Assembly (NCBI GenBank): GCA_029858305.1
Contig: JAOUFI010000005.1
Span: 18,508-82,507, forward strand
Reading direction: 5' to 3'
DNA: 64,000 nt
Source of the DNA: Candidatus Thorarchaeota archaeon
GTDB taxonomy: Archaea > Asgardarchaeota > Thorarchaeia > Thorarchaeales > Thorarchaeaceae
Shown: positions 9,401 to 18,260 of the stretch, piece by piece
Numbering within the stretch: position 1 is the first letter of the stretch
How the letters are laid out: every line of letters starts with the position of its first letter
Translations under genes and position numbers: made by a program
The notes under the pieces: model-generated
What the model saw: only the letters and a program-made list of their open reading frames with translations
Told to the model about the DNA's origin: nothing
The model's database searches: none

Positions 9401-10301
9401 ATGCATACGAACTGCAGAATCAATATCTGAAGGATTCAAGAACCTTATTGAGAATGCTTCAATAGCTCTAACAAATCATCGTGATGAGGTATTTGACCAA
9501 GTTCAGAAAAGTGCAGAGTTGTCAAACCAGTATGCCTCCCGCAAGTTCGAAACGACTGGTCTGGATCTCAAGACTCATTTAAGCAGTGATACATCGAATT
9601 TTCTAGAGAAAACGAGGCTAGCGCTTGCAGCAAAGAACAAGGAAATCACGGATTCTGTAACTGAAACAATCAATACAATCAATAAAGAGACCTCCGGTTT
9701 GAAACAGAACCGAAATCGGGCGCTCTCTTCGCATGGAGAATTTGGCGAGAAGACACTCAGAAGATGGTCGGTGGAACAGAAAGACAATATGTCTTCATTG
9801 AACGATAGGATACATAGTGCAATTGTGGGAATAACCGACAATACCAAGGCAACTATAGAGGTACTCAATGCTATCCATAGTATTGGAGATGAGATGATTA
9901 AAGACCCATCAAAAAGAACTTGGTACATATCTGGGAAAGAGGAAGCATGCGCTCATATTATAGATATGGCAGATAGAGCTACAGACTCTATTGTAATCTC
10001 CATCATCGATCCCAATTGCCTAGACTATAAGAAGTTGGCTAAGGTCAAACAACCAAAACGTAAGGTGCTCATTGTTCCTGAAACCGAAGAACTTGATCCG
10101 AATCTATCATCCCTAGAAGGCTGGCGGGTATGGGAAACTAGGACCCCAATGTTCCTATCAATAATAGACGATAGTGAGCTATTGGTCGGTGGTGCAACAG
10201 CAACAGATGACCTTATCGCTTTGATATCGAAAGATGAAACATATCTTAGACTGTATCACGATATTCTTGGCCCGCGGTTAGTGAGAGGAAGAGTGACCTA
10301 G
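6408..10301 (+). CDS. giant TrmB-like protein: N-terminal wHTH, ~1100 aa helical rod, C-terminal PLD-like TrmB effector domain
   Basis: LGLTEAEVK...TAGGVALLSG...VQRTLGRLVSKGLI...Y.A at N-terminus; TWYISGKE...DMADRATDSIVIS...IIDDSELLVG at C-terminus; ATG 6408 preferred over TTG 6348. Confidence 0.8.
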   Translation: MSDDTVSKSVPILRDNLGLTEAEVKAIVPIYLGGNMTAGGVALLSGEKLATVQRTLGRLVSKGLIKQIDGIVPVYRALSPSMALSGTLADSLSGVTGLTDESEKLFSSRITEIESVVDGIITSQTKSLEELKSALTSYENQVLDLVTKQIENVATTATQTMTGFSDEIELAMNGMDTFLDESLGSKLLELQAEIDKAQIAMAKDLKAQVREFDKWIKNERKGTLGSVGEFEAKSSALVESAKNAVSSALTKSSELIQSLVREISGILTSLASAASDNGLAVINEVSTEISQMLNHLDSELGQAYLTGQESLKEVIAQARIISKEYSEFAKSRIDAAIEIADSASDVVDDWKNEVSGFMDVASQSVTSQLDQVASTDASYLEQMKNSLTSHIERVNTSLMDEYKAISSLATVLGGDSETILTETRSMMLDLLQSQNVVEQNDCDAVVEKLHAELEKWVGDTVTSIEKKLKDTAKDVTTILDTETTELNSISEAMNSRLKSAFNSVIKSTNTKNETLLTSVKKTTHDFENGIGQSLDELITSFTSATEKQVRESKELYEGLRERLDNRMSQSIATISSQADRVQKDITNTILEQTTRIDQHTLGIKEEFHNRLEDITTQFISLTQGLEATFNGLLSSQTMEARDIIASTHSEFRTTLKNEVTTLKDDSLKIQKEYSTEIALKIDDVASTVAAVKKALNELSVQKRFEISENMAKTLTNLESSIRSTEESLRDIESGTVDQFIENMEQVSQEFKVSVNGARDNISGRLDNVKDIVAASLEKSSAGGKIVVDGFVAQQKDRKQRFLADTSKKMNRLATKRAKDSAASIEAFQTQLSENQTGGVKDRNIAKEEVLATVETRRSEVANAFDAAAVWVDSSVSNVATSLEAFGSKLKNELIIMQKGLQKAANEVALAIQERGETDMDSFQEIATSLIQNAESIVTARLNEFGDSCSDALTKSNDSFTTMPTRMSEELENMETEIAQRNLQDYGTITTDLSTSFTECIRTAESISEGFKNLIENASIALTNHRDEVFDQVQKSAELSNQYASRKFETTGLDLKTHLSSDTSNFLEKTRLALAAKNKEITDSVTETINTINKETSGLKQNRNRALSSHGEFGEKTLRRWSVEQKDNMSSLNDRIHSAIVGITDNTKATIEVLNAIHSIGDEMIKDPSKRTWYISGKEEACAHIIDMADRATDSIVISIIDPNCLDYKKLAKVKQPKRKVLIVPETEELDPNLSSLEGWRVWETRTPMFLSIIDDSELLVGGATATDDLIALISKDETYLRLYHDILGPRLVRGRVT

Positions 10302-10768
10302 AATTCAATGGCATAGATGATGGCGTCTTCAACATCATAGTATCCCTTCACTCTATCGACAGCCACCATCCCTGCCCTACTATAGAGACTTCTAGCTTCT
10401 TGATTACTCTCACGAACCTCTAGCTCACATGTCCTCATCCCTGCGTCCCGCATTCTGTTGAGCGCATGGTTAAGTATCAAACTTCCATTTCCTCTACAGC
10501 GTTCATCCTCACGGATTGCTAAGTTGAGTATATGCCCATGCTCTTCATATACCGATTCTTCCCAAATGACATACCCAATAACATAGCTCTGACGCGCTAA
10601 TACCTTCATTATAATAAAGACGTCGTCATCTACTTGAAATCTCCCCTTGGTAATTGTAATCCGAAGGAATATCTCTTGACTCCACGGAATTGGAAAGCAA
10701 TTCTTTTCTATTTCAATAATCTGAACCAGGTCATCAATAACGGGTTGCCGTATGTCAAGATCTGTCAT
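10298..10768 (-). CDS. rimI: RimI/Ard1-like N-acetyltransferase (GNAT)
   Basis: IEKNCFPIPWS, HILNLAI, RGNGS, LEVRESN..A..LY, YY..EDA. Confidence 0.88.
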   Translation of the reverse strand: MTDLDIRQPVIDDLVQIIEIEKNCFPIPWSQEIFLRITITKGRFQVDDDVFIIMKVLARQSYVIGYVIWEESVYEEHGHILNLAIREDERCRGNGSLILNHALNRMRDAGMRTCELEVRESNQEARSLYSRAGMVAVDRVKGYYDVEDAIIYAIEF

Positions 10769-10805
10769 GAATATGTTCCTTCGTGATATATCAAATTCTC
10801 TCAGT

Positions 10806-11165
10806 TTATCCATCATTCTGTTCAACCGGATTACCACAGAATGGACAGAATGTTGAATTGATTGGTATTGGTTTTGAGCAATATGCACAACATGAGCCTA
10901 CTAGAATAAAGGAGTTCTGTTCATTCAAATCAGACTGAGAATCTGTCTGTAGAACAGCTATTGATAGGAACCGTAGAATTATGATAGTAAAGACTAGGAC
11001 AAATGTAATTGTGATTGCAAAACCGAGAACACCTGAACCTCCAAAGAAGAAAGGAAAAACGAAGAACACTCCACTCTCAACTGATTTACTAGTAGACCAA
11101 AGCAGAAAGATTCCAAGTATAATAAATAGGAATCCCAATGGAAGTAGATTTTGTCGCCATTGCAA
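10806..11165 (-). CDS. membrane protein with C-terminal zinc ribbon
   Basis: hydrophobic N-terminal helices; CAYC...FCPFCG. Confidence 0.75.
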   Translation of the reverse strand: MQWRQNLLPLGFLFIILGIFLLWSTSKSVESGVFFVFPFFFGGSGVLGFAITITFVLVFTIIILRFLSIAVLQTDSQSDLNEQNSFILVGSCCAYCSKPIPINSTFCPFCGNPVEQNDG

Positions 11166-11190
11166 AGGCGTTCGAATCCTCCAATAGCTG

Positions 11191-11538
11191 TTAGATCATT
11201 CCGCGGTCCTTCATCTGCTCAATAATCTGGTTGTACTTTTGATCATTACTGATCATTTCATTAACCTGTGCTTCTAGCGAATGTGAACCTGGTAAGACTA
11301 ACACGTTGATTTTGCTACTAGGATATACGGACTCCAATCGATGTCTTATCAAGATACCAATTAATCCTCCCATAGGACAATATGGAACTGTAGGTTTAAA
11401 CCTGACACTGATTGAGTCTTCATCAACCTCAATATACTCTTGTTTTACAATTGACATTTGTGGGTCTGTAATTGATATAGGATGTTCTGGATCCATGACA
11501 GGTTCTAATGATTTGAAGACTTCATCGACTGTTGCCAA
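11191..11538 (-). CDS. DUF59/MIP18(CIA2)-like Fe-S assembly protein
   Basis: V.DPEHPISI, FKPTVPYCPM..LIG, PGSH. Confidence 0.85.
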   Translation of the reverse strand: MATVDEVFKSLEPVMDPEHPISITDPQMSIVKQEYIEVDEDSISVRFKPTVPYCPMGGLIGILIRHRLESVYPSSKINVLVLPGSHSLEAQVNEMISNDQKYNQIIEQMKDRGMI

Positions 11539-11708
11539 TTTATTTTCCCATTTTATGGCCCTCTAGCAACCGCTTAATAATCTATGGCTTCAACTATCCA
11601 TTTTCATCCATTAGACTCATTAATATTTGTGGGCACAAGGTATATCTGAATAATGCAGTTTCTTTATCTATTATCATACTAATTTCATATCGAGAAACTG
11701 ATTTGCCA

Positions 11709-12185
11709 ATGGGAGTACCGGGAGCAATGACGCCTGCAAAAAAGAAAGATGGTAAAAAAATAAGGAAGTATCTATTCAAGATAACAGTAATCGGTCCTGA
11801 TGACAAGCTTCTCATGGATGTACTCTCAATATTTGACGATCCTGTTGTTGCAGTAGATGGGATTCGAATAGGATCCACCGAAGTTGATTTTGACACCTCT
11901 GAAGTGCATGCAGTTTTTATGTCTCCCCGGCACTCTGCTCTTGACATACTTCTCACCTTGACGTACAAAGGAGCAAGTGGTGCCATTATTGTACTTAGAG
12001 AACCTGATCCGGAATTAGAAACTCTCTATCGTAATGAAATTCGGGAGAATCTCGGTGCTGAAATACCAACCCGTATCGTGACTGTGAGCTCTACGATGGA
12101 TAAATTCAAGCAGACTGAAATTGAACATATCTTTGATGAAGTCGTAGCTGAGATCTTGGAACGAAAGACCAAGAAAGAGAAGTAG
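11709..12185 (+). CDS. degenerate Rab/Ras-like small GTPase (no intact P-loop)
   Basis: KYLFKITVIG and TYKGASGAIIV match Rab strands; GKS/T, DxxG and NKxD absent; start 11709 or 11727. Confidence 0.6.
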   Translation: MGVPGAMTPAKKKDGKKIRKYLFKITVIGPDDKLLMDVLSIFDDPVVAVDGIRIGSTEVDFDTSEVHAVFMSPRHSALDILLTLTYKGASGAIIVLREPDPELETLYRNEIRENLGAEIPTRIVTVSSTMDKFKQTEIEHIFDEVVAEILERKTKKEK

Positions 12186-12221
12186 TACAAACCTTTTTTT
12201 CAATTCTATCATCCTCTCAGC

Positions 12222-13289
12222 TTGGTGTCTTTAGTGAGCTCAGATAATAAACGAACAGACGAATATTGGATGGGCGTGCGTGATGCACTGAGAATGGTAG
12301 ATAGCTTCAACAAATGGGCTGCAAGAAATCCCGGACGTGCGAAGAGTCTTGAAGACTTCATTCATGATGGACTTATTGCTGCCGCAAAACGGTGTGAGTC
12401 CTGTTTACGTGAAAAACTAGGTCTCTCTTTCGTCAGAGATGATGAAGAAGATGAGATTCCAGATTCTCTTGAGTCCACGGAACCTGAAGTCGAACCACCC
12501 TCTGGTTATGAGTCTACAATGACGGATGACAATGAAGAGCCAATTGACTCTGTCCCTGATAAAACATATGAGATTGCTATAGAGTCTAAAGACTATGATT
12601 CATCTCAAGAAATAACCATTGAAACAGATGAATCCCCTATTTCAATTGATGCAGTTGAAAGACTAGGAGACGAGCCCATAGAGGATTTTGTCATGGATGG
12701 ACCACAACGTGATTTCACAACTGATTTTGTTCTTGTAGAGCCACCACCTCTCGTGATTGACACCGATGAACAACAATCAGTAGATGAAGAACAATTTGAA
12801 GGATCAGACCTTGAAGAACTCGAAGATCTAGAAGAAATAACTTCAGAACCAGAAGTTGCTGAGAAGCGCTCCGGATTTACTTGGTCTGAATACGAGGCTG
12901 CGGTAACTCCTACCTCTGAGCCCGAACCTCCAGATACAGAACTTGATGAATATATGACAGCTGATGATGATAACTTTAAAGAACCGTTAGATGAGGATAA
13001 TGATTCATTTACCGAGGAATCACTTGATGCGCCCCCGGAGCCGTCTGAATCACCTGAAGTTTGGAGCACCTCTAAAGAGTCATCTATGGGTGGGGAAGAG
13101 AATCTAGAAGAATTCACTGAGGACGAGGATGAAGGCTTGTTCCCTGAGATGGATGACACTATAGCTGAAGAATCAGAAGAGGTACAACACTCAATCACTA
13201 AGCCTCCAGCTCCACCACCGCCTCCTGAGAGCGAGGAAGATGAAGAAGAGCGAAAACGCAGAGCCCGAAGGTTGTTCTTTGGAGCTTAA
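12222..13289 (+). CDS. acidic, proline-rich, largely disordered protein
   Basis: helical N-terminus with CESC, D/E-rich linker, PPAPPPPPE, basic C-terminus RRARRLFFGA. Confidence 0.8.
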   Translation: MVSLVSSDNKRTDEYWMGVRDALRMVDSFNKWAARNPGRAKSLEDFIHDGLIAAAKRCESCLREKLGLSFVRDDEEDEIPDSLESTEPEVEPPSGYESTMTDDNEEPIDSVPDKTYEIAIESKDYDSSQEITIETDESPISIDAVERLGDEPIEDFVMDGPQRDFTTDFVLVEPPPLVIDTDEQQSVDEEQFEGSDLEELEDLEEITSEPEVAEKRSGFTWSEYEAAVTPTSEPEPPDTELDEYMTADDDNFKEPLDEDNDSFTEESLDAPPEPSESPEVWSTSKESSMGGEENLEEFTEDEDEGLFPEMDDTIAEESEEVQHSITKPPAPPPPPESEEDEEERKRRARRLFFGA

Positions 13290-14317
13290 TGTATGCCTTT
13301 GAGAACTCCTTCGTAAAGGTGTACTGCATCATCTGCAGTATTGACTCCTTTAATAATGGCTGAACCTGAAGTCATAAGTGTGATTCTGGATCCCGATGGT
13401 TTCTGTATAACAAGAAATTTCTTGCCAATTGTCAATTTGTCCTGAGAATCCTGATTTCTTGCAATATTCTCCAGATTCAAATTCATAATGGTAGGTGGAG
13501 AGATATTGAAGCTCTGAGAACATAGGGTGTGTACTGTGATGCCATCTCCTTCTTTCTTCATAACAATTCTTGATTGTGAACACTGTGGACAATTAGCAAC
13601 ACGACCTATGTCAAAGAAATCAAAACTGAGTGAGGCGGAATCAATTGTCATGAGACGATTGGCAAGAATAGGTGGAATTCCTGTTGCCAGGCGGATAGCT
13701 TCATTTACCTCCACAGATGCAGCAAGAGAAAGGAGGGTCGGCGAAACTCCAACTTGCGCACATGTGTTATCCGGATTATCTTCTGCATCTCCCATGAGGC
13801 AATGCAAGCAACCTGTTTTACTCGGAATAAAGGTTGAGAGGTTTGCATAGTATTCTACTGCTCCTGCAAAGATATATGGTATTTTCAGTTCTAGACTTGC
13901 TTTATTGACAGATCGACGAGTCTTGAATGAATCAAGCCCATCTATAATAATGTCAGTTCCTTTCAATAGCTCGATTGCATTTTCCTCTTTGATTGAAACC
14001 GCTAAAGGCTCAAATTCCACTTCCGGGTTCATCAACGCTAGATTGGCAGCCGCAACAAGAGCTTTAGGTTCTCCTATATCTTCCGTGTTGTAGATAGTCT
14101 GTCTCTGAATATTAGAAAGCTCAACAATATCCCTGTCGATTATCCTAATAGTTCCAAAACCAATTGCTGTTAGTAGCCGAAGTGCCGGACTTCCTAGTCC
14201 CCCTGCTCCTACAACTGTGACATTAGTTTTCATGATTTTTTGCATGTCCTTCTCAGTGAAGTCCCTCAGAGCGAGCATACGAGAATATCTCTCTCTTTGA
14301 TTATCTGATAGTTTCAT
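13286..14317 (-). CDS. ThiF/MoeB/E1-like adenylyltransferase
   Basis: RERYSR, VVGAGGLGS, DIVELSNIQRQ, CLHC, CPQC. Confidence 0.92.
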   Translation of the reverse strand: MKLSDNQRERYSRMLALRDFTEKDMQKIMKTNVTVVGAGGLGSPALRLLTAIGFGTIRIIDRDIVELSNIQRQTIYNTEDIGEPKALVAAANLALMNPEVEFEPLAVSIKEENAIELLKGTDIIIDGLDSFKTRRSVNKASLELKIPYIFAGAVEYYANLSTFIPSKTGCLHCLMGDAEDNPDNTCAQVGVSPTLLSLAASVEVNEAIRLATGIPPILANRLMTIDSASLSFDFFDIGRVANCPQCSQSRIVMKKEGDGITVHTLCSQSFNISPPTIMNLNLENIARNQDSQDKLTIGKKFLVIQKPSGSRITLMTSGSAIIKGVNTADDAVHLYEGVLKGIH

Positions 14318-14376
14318 TTCACTGGCTTTAGATACAAAGCACTCACTTAAAGCCTTGGACAACTACATCAATCAAC

Positions 14377-15201
14377 ATGAAGTACACATCTGAGGTTTCA
14401 ATTGGTTTACGCAGAAATCCTATGGAGGCGTTAGAAGTCGCCCTCTCAAAACTTACATCTCCTTTGGATATCCCCAAGAGATTAGCACGTGTGCTGATTA
14501 AACCATCGATATACGATCCCAAGCTAGTTGGAAACACAAGTGTTAGTGTTGTGAGAGCTGTTCTCGGAGCATTCAAGAATCTCGGTTCTGCTTCAATAGT
14601 TGAGAGTGATAATCCTCTAAGAAGAACTACTGATGCTTTTCATCATATGGGATATACTGCACTTTCAAATTCAGATGTTACGCTAGTCAATCTCTCTGAA
14701 CTTCCCACATCCATTGTAAAGATGCCAGGATACTTTTTTCAAAGGCACAGCATGCCATCCATTCTTACAGAACCTAACTTCTTCATCAATATACCAACAG
14801 TAAAAATTGACCCTGAAATCCGTGCAATTGGGGCTGGCATAAAGAATCTTCTTGGTTTGATTCCAGAGATTGATAAAAGTATATACCACGAAAGAATGGA
14901 TGATGTTCTATTGGACCTCCTATCAGTCTATCCACCACAACTTACTGTTGTCGACCTTACATCATTGGTAATAGGTAAACGGGAAGATAAAATCACAAAA
15001 AAGATTGGTGCAATTATTGTTGGCCTGAATCCAGTTGCAGTAGATTCATTCTGTGCTGGTTTGTTTGGTATTGATCCTATACAAATAGGGTATTTGAGAA
15101 GAGCATATGATTTAGGTCTTGGTGAGATACTTCTAGATCGTATTCGCGTAGGCGGTACTAATGACCAAAAACAGAGGCTGTTCGAGCTTTGTAGATTTTG
15201 A
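14377..15201 (+). CDS. DUF362 domain protein
   Basis: VLIKP, INIPTVK, GIKNLLG, NPVAVD, AYDLGLG. Confidence 0.8.
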   Translation: MKYTSEVSIGLRRNPMEALEVALSKLTSPLDIPKRLARVLIKPSIYDPKLVGNTSVSVVRAVLGAFKNLGSASIVESDNPLRRTTDAFHHMGYTALSNSDVTLVNLSELPTSIVKMPGYFFQRHSMPSILTEPNFFINIPTVKIDPEIRAIGAGIKNLLGLIPEIDKSIYHERMDDVLLDLLSVYPPQLTVVDLTSLVIGKREDKITKKIGAIIVGLNPVAVDSFCAGLFGIDPIQIGYLRRAYDLGLGEILLDRIRVGGTNDQKQRLFELCRF

Positions 15202-15299
15202 CAAAACGGAATGCATTTATTTAGTGTTGGGTTGCCGACCGAATCATTGTATATTTCTGTGATTTTCTGACAGATATGCATGATATGGTGGTACCATAA

Positions 15300-16466
15300 A
15301 TGGATTGGACTTCTCATACGATGGAACGAATCCCTGAGTCAGGTACATTGAAGATGTTTGACTTGGCCAAGAGTCTTGAAAGTCAGGGTAAAAAAGTATA
15401 TCATTTCGAGGTTGGACAACCAGATTTTCCCACACCTGACAATATTGTCAAAGCTGGCATTGAGGCATTGAAAAAAGGTCTGACAAGATATACACCTGCT
15501 CGTGGTATACCTCAAATTCTAGATGCTATTCAGGGATACTATATGTCCCGTGGTATAAAGATTAATGGCAGAAATAATGTCATTGTCACGCCCGGCGCCA
15601 AGATGGCATTATTCCAAGGGTTTCTAAGTACAATCGATGCTGGAGATGATGTTTTACTTTTGGCACCTGCGTGGCCTACTTACCGAGTCATGATAAGAAC
15701 TGTCAATGCAAAACCTGTTGACGTATGTACCTCTCCCAACTATGGTCTCGATGAGGAAGCACTGAAACATGCCGTTTCTAGAACTGTGTCTGCGCTCGTC
15801 ATAAACAGTCCGAATAATCCAACTGGGGGCGTTCTAAGCAAGGAAGATATGAAGCTCATCTATGATCTTGCGATGGACCATGATTTCGTTGTGTTCTCTG
15901 ATGAAATCTACGAAACGCTCGTCTATGATGGTTTCAAACAGACATCAATGCTCGAAGTAGATCCGACCCTGGAGCGTACCCTTGTGATCAATGGAATGAG
16001 TAAATCCTACAGTATGACTGGTTGGCGATTAGGCTATGCCATTGGTAATGAAGAAACCATTTCAAACATGGCTAGAATCCAGCAAAACACAACTTCTTGC
16101 GCCACATCATTTGTTCAATATGCTGGTGTAGAAGCATTAACAGGTAATCAGAATTCCATCAATGTGATGGTCAAGGAATATCAGGCTCGCCGAGATGAGA
16201 TTACTCGTCTCTTCAACGAAATCGAAGGAGTACCATGTCTGAATCCTATGGGTGCTTTCTACGTCTTTCCTGACTTCACAAGATTCGGTTTAAGCAGTAA
16301 CACTCTAGCTGAACTTCTCCTTAAGAAGACCGGAGTATGTTGTACACCTGGTATTGCATTCGGAGCAAAATATGACAATTACCTCAGGTTCTCTTACCCC
16401 ATCTCTGTTTCTGAGATACAAGAGGGAATGGCTAGACTTGCAGAGTTCTTGCCAACCCTTATGTGA
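15300..16466 (+). CDS. PLP-dependent class I aminotransferase (aspartate aminotransferase-like)
   Basis: GQPDFPTP, NSPNNPTG, SDEIY, SKSYSMTGWRLG. Confidence 0.95.
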   Translation: MDWTSHTMERIPESGTLKMFDLAKSLESQGKKVYHFEVGQPDFPTPDNIVKAGIEALKKGLTRYTPARGIPQILDAIQGYYMSRGIKINGRNNVIVTPGAKMALFQGFLSTIDAGDDVLLLAPAWPTYRVMIRTVNAKPVDVCTSPNYGLDEEALKHAVSRTVSALVINSPNNPTGGVLSKEDMKLIYDLAMDHDFVVFSDEIYETLVYDGFKQTSMLEVDPTLERTLVINGMSKSYSMTGWRLGYAIGNEETISNMARIQQNTTSCATSFVQYAGVEALTGNQNSINVMVKEYQARRDEITRLFNEIEGVPCLNPMGAFYVFPDFTRFGLSSNTLAELLLKKTGVCCTPGIAFGAKYDNYLRFSYPISVSEIQEGMARLAEFLPTLM

Positions 16467-16515
16467 CAATAGGGATAGTAAATGTTCAGCCAATCGTTAA
16501 ACAGGATGAGTCTGA

Positions 16516-17103
16516 ATGTCACCTAGAGAAGTTGAGGATAGGCTGCCGCAATTTGAGTGTACTAAATGTGGAGCATGTTGTCGTGAAGACTCAATGCTAA
16601 TTACTGTAACAGGTCGCGATATTGCCAGAATCTCAACAGCTTTAGGCTTGAGTCCAGAGGAAACAATGAGAGCTCTTGATTTCTACATTGTTGATGATCC
16701 CAATACAATTCCAATTGGGCTTCAAGGGATCCCATCCCCAAGTACTGAGAGAGGTTCGGCTTTCATCGCTCTGAGGAAAATGGAAAATGGGGAGTGCATT
16801 TTTCTAAAAGATAACCTTTGCATGATTCACACATTACGACCCATTGTGTGTAGATCATTTCCTTTTGTATTCCAGGAGAAAGGAAGTCAACGCAAGTGGG
16901 GGCTTAGTGCTGTGAAGCAAATCTGTCCTGGACTTGGTACTGGTTCAAAAGTATCAGAGAAGGATATTGAAGATCTTTCTGCGCTTGTTCTAGAGAGCAT
17001 AAAGACATATCATGAGTTTGTTGATGAGTGGAATAGTCTACCGACCACGACTGCGCGAGAATTAATCAGAACCATCCTATCTGACCCTAGATTCTTTGCC
17101 TAG
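16516..17103 (+). CDS. YkgJ/CxxCxxCC cysteine-cluster protein
   Basis: CTKCGACC, CIFL, CMIHTLRPIVCRSFPF, CPG. Confidence 0.9.
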   Translation: MSPREVEDRLPQFECTKCGACCREDSMLITVTGRDIARISTALGLSPEETMRALDFYIVDDPNTIPIGLQGIPSPSTERGSAFIALRKMENGECIFLKDNLCMIHTLRPIVCRSFPFVFQEKGSQRKWGLSAVKQICPGLGTGSKVSEKDIEDLSALVLESIKTYHEFVDEWNSLPTTTARELIRTILSDPRFFA

Positions 17104-17217
17104 CATGCTTTAAAGAAATAGCCCATGTGATAGTTTATGGGTAATTTTCTTCCTGGAGCAATGTATTGTGTATGGTTTGGCTTGCTGGATAATGTTGCCT
17201 GATAAAACGAATCCAAA

Positions 17218-18192
17218 TTATAATTTCGTGAGTATCTGAAGAATATTTCCAAAGTTGTGCTCTACGGTTCTACTCTTTTCAGCATATCCCGAAAGGATAC
17301 CAAGTCTTTCATCCTTCCCCGCGAATTCTCTGAATCTATCTGAACGAATCTCTCTATGGATGATTTCGTTAACTACCAAAATCTCATCTGAAGTCCTCAA
17401 TATGTATTGAAGCATTTTAATGAGGAGAATGAAATCATTGATGTCTCTGAGCTGCAAAGTCTGACTATAAAACTGAAACTCAAGCCTTGCGAGTCGTTCT
17501 CGCATTCCTATGAGGCTAATAACCCATTTTGGAGCCCTCTCTTCCAAGTACTTGTTGCCTAGTTCAGACCAGTAATGTTGTTGATCGAGTAATTGTACAA
17601 GGTAGCCACGAAGGAATCCGAAATGATCAACTCCGGCCTCAATCTCTTCTTCAGTCCCAATGGGTTGCATCATGCTATCCATTTGGCTATGTTTTACCGC
17701 GATTTTTAATGAGAATTTATCCACGTAAAGCTTGATTTCATCAGTCTTCTCTTTCTTTGACATGAGATCAGCGAATGTATCACCAAGAGTCAGGATGAAT
17801 TTGTACAAACACTCAGAGCAAATCTCGGCATTAGCTGTAGCTTCTTTTGTAGACAGGAACTGCAATGCATCTTCAAGATCATTGCCTGGAACATCTTTAC
17901 CATGAATTCTAAGAGCCCAGCCTTGTGAGATACAATATACCTTGTTGTCAGGATAGTTGACGAAGATTGATGCATAGCATATATTGTTCTCAGTTGCTTG
18001 TTCCTCCTTCATACTCTCTTTGTCCAAGCGGAATCCAAAGATAGATGGGTCAATCTCGATGGCCTCAATCTCCAAGACACTATCATCATTGACGCAGAGT
18101 TTCTCGTCTCCGAATACTTTGTAGCATGGACACCCGCGGACCATCTTTATCGAAGACATTTCTTGCTCTTCAAACACTTTGCTCTGCACCAA
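17218..18192 (-). CDS. Cys-rich hypothetical protein (paralog of 18261..19262)
   Basis: VRGCPCYK..KLCVNDD..CY..YC..CSECLYK then helical region. Confidence 0.8.
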   Translation of the reverse strand: MVQSKVFEEQEMSSIKMVRGCPCYKVFGDEKLCVNDDSVLEIEAIEIDPSIFGFRLDKESMKEEQATENNICYASIFVNYPDNKVYCISQGWALRIHGKDVPGNDLEDALQFLSTKEATANAEICSECLYKFILTLGDTFADLMSKKEKTDEIKLYVDKFSLKIAVKHSQMDSMMQPIGTEEEIEAGVDHFGFLRGYLVQLLDQQHYWSELGNKYLEERAPKWVISLIGMRERLARLEFQFYSQTLQLRDINDFILLIKMLQYILRTSDEILVVNEIIHREIRSDRFREFAGKDERLGILSGYAEKSRTVEHNFGNILQILTKL

Positions 18193-18260
18193 CTCAATCT
18201 GAAATCAAAGAAAATCTCATTCTTTGCAGCATTTTACTTTGTCTTGTAGACATATAGTAA

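Noticed and set aside
6563-9928. Many S-rich antisense ORFs inside the giant TrmB-like gene (and similar ones at 4340, 12605 and elsewhere)
   Set aside because: Shadow frames of real genes; their composition mirrors the sense-strand codons.
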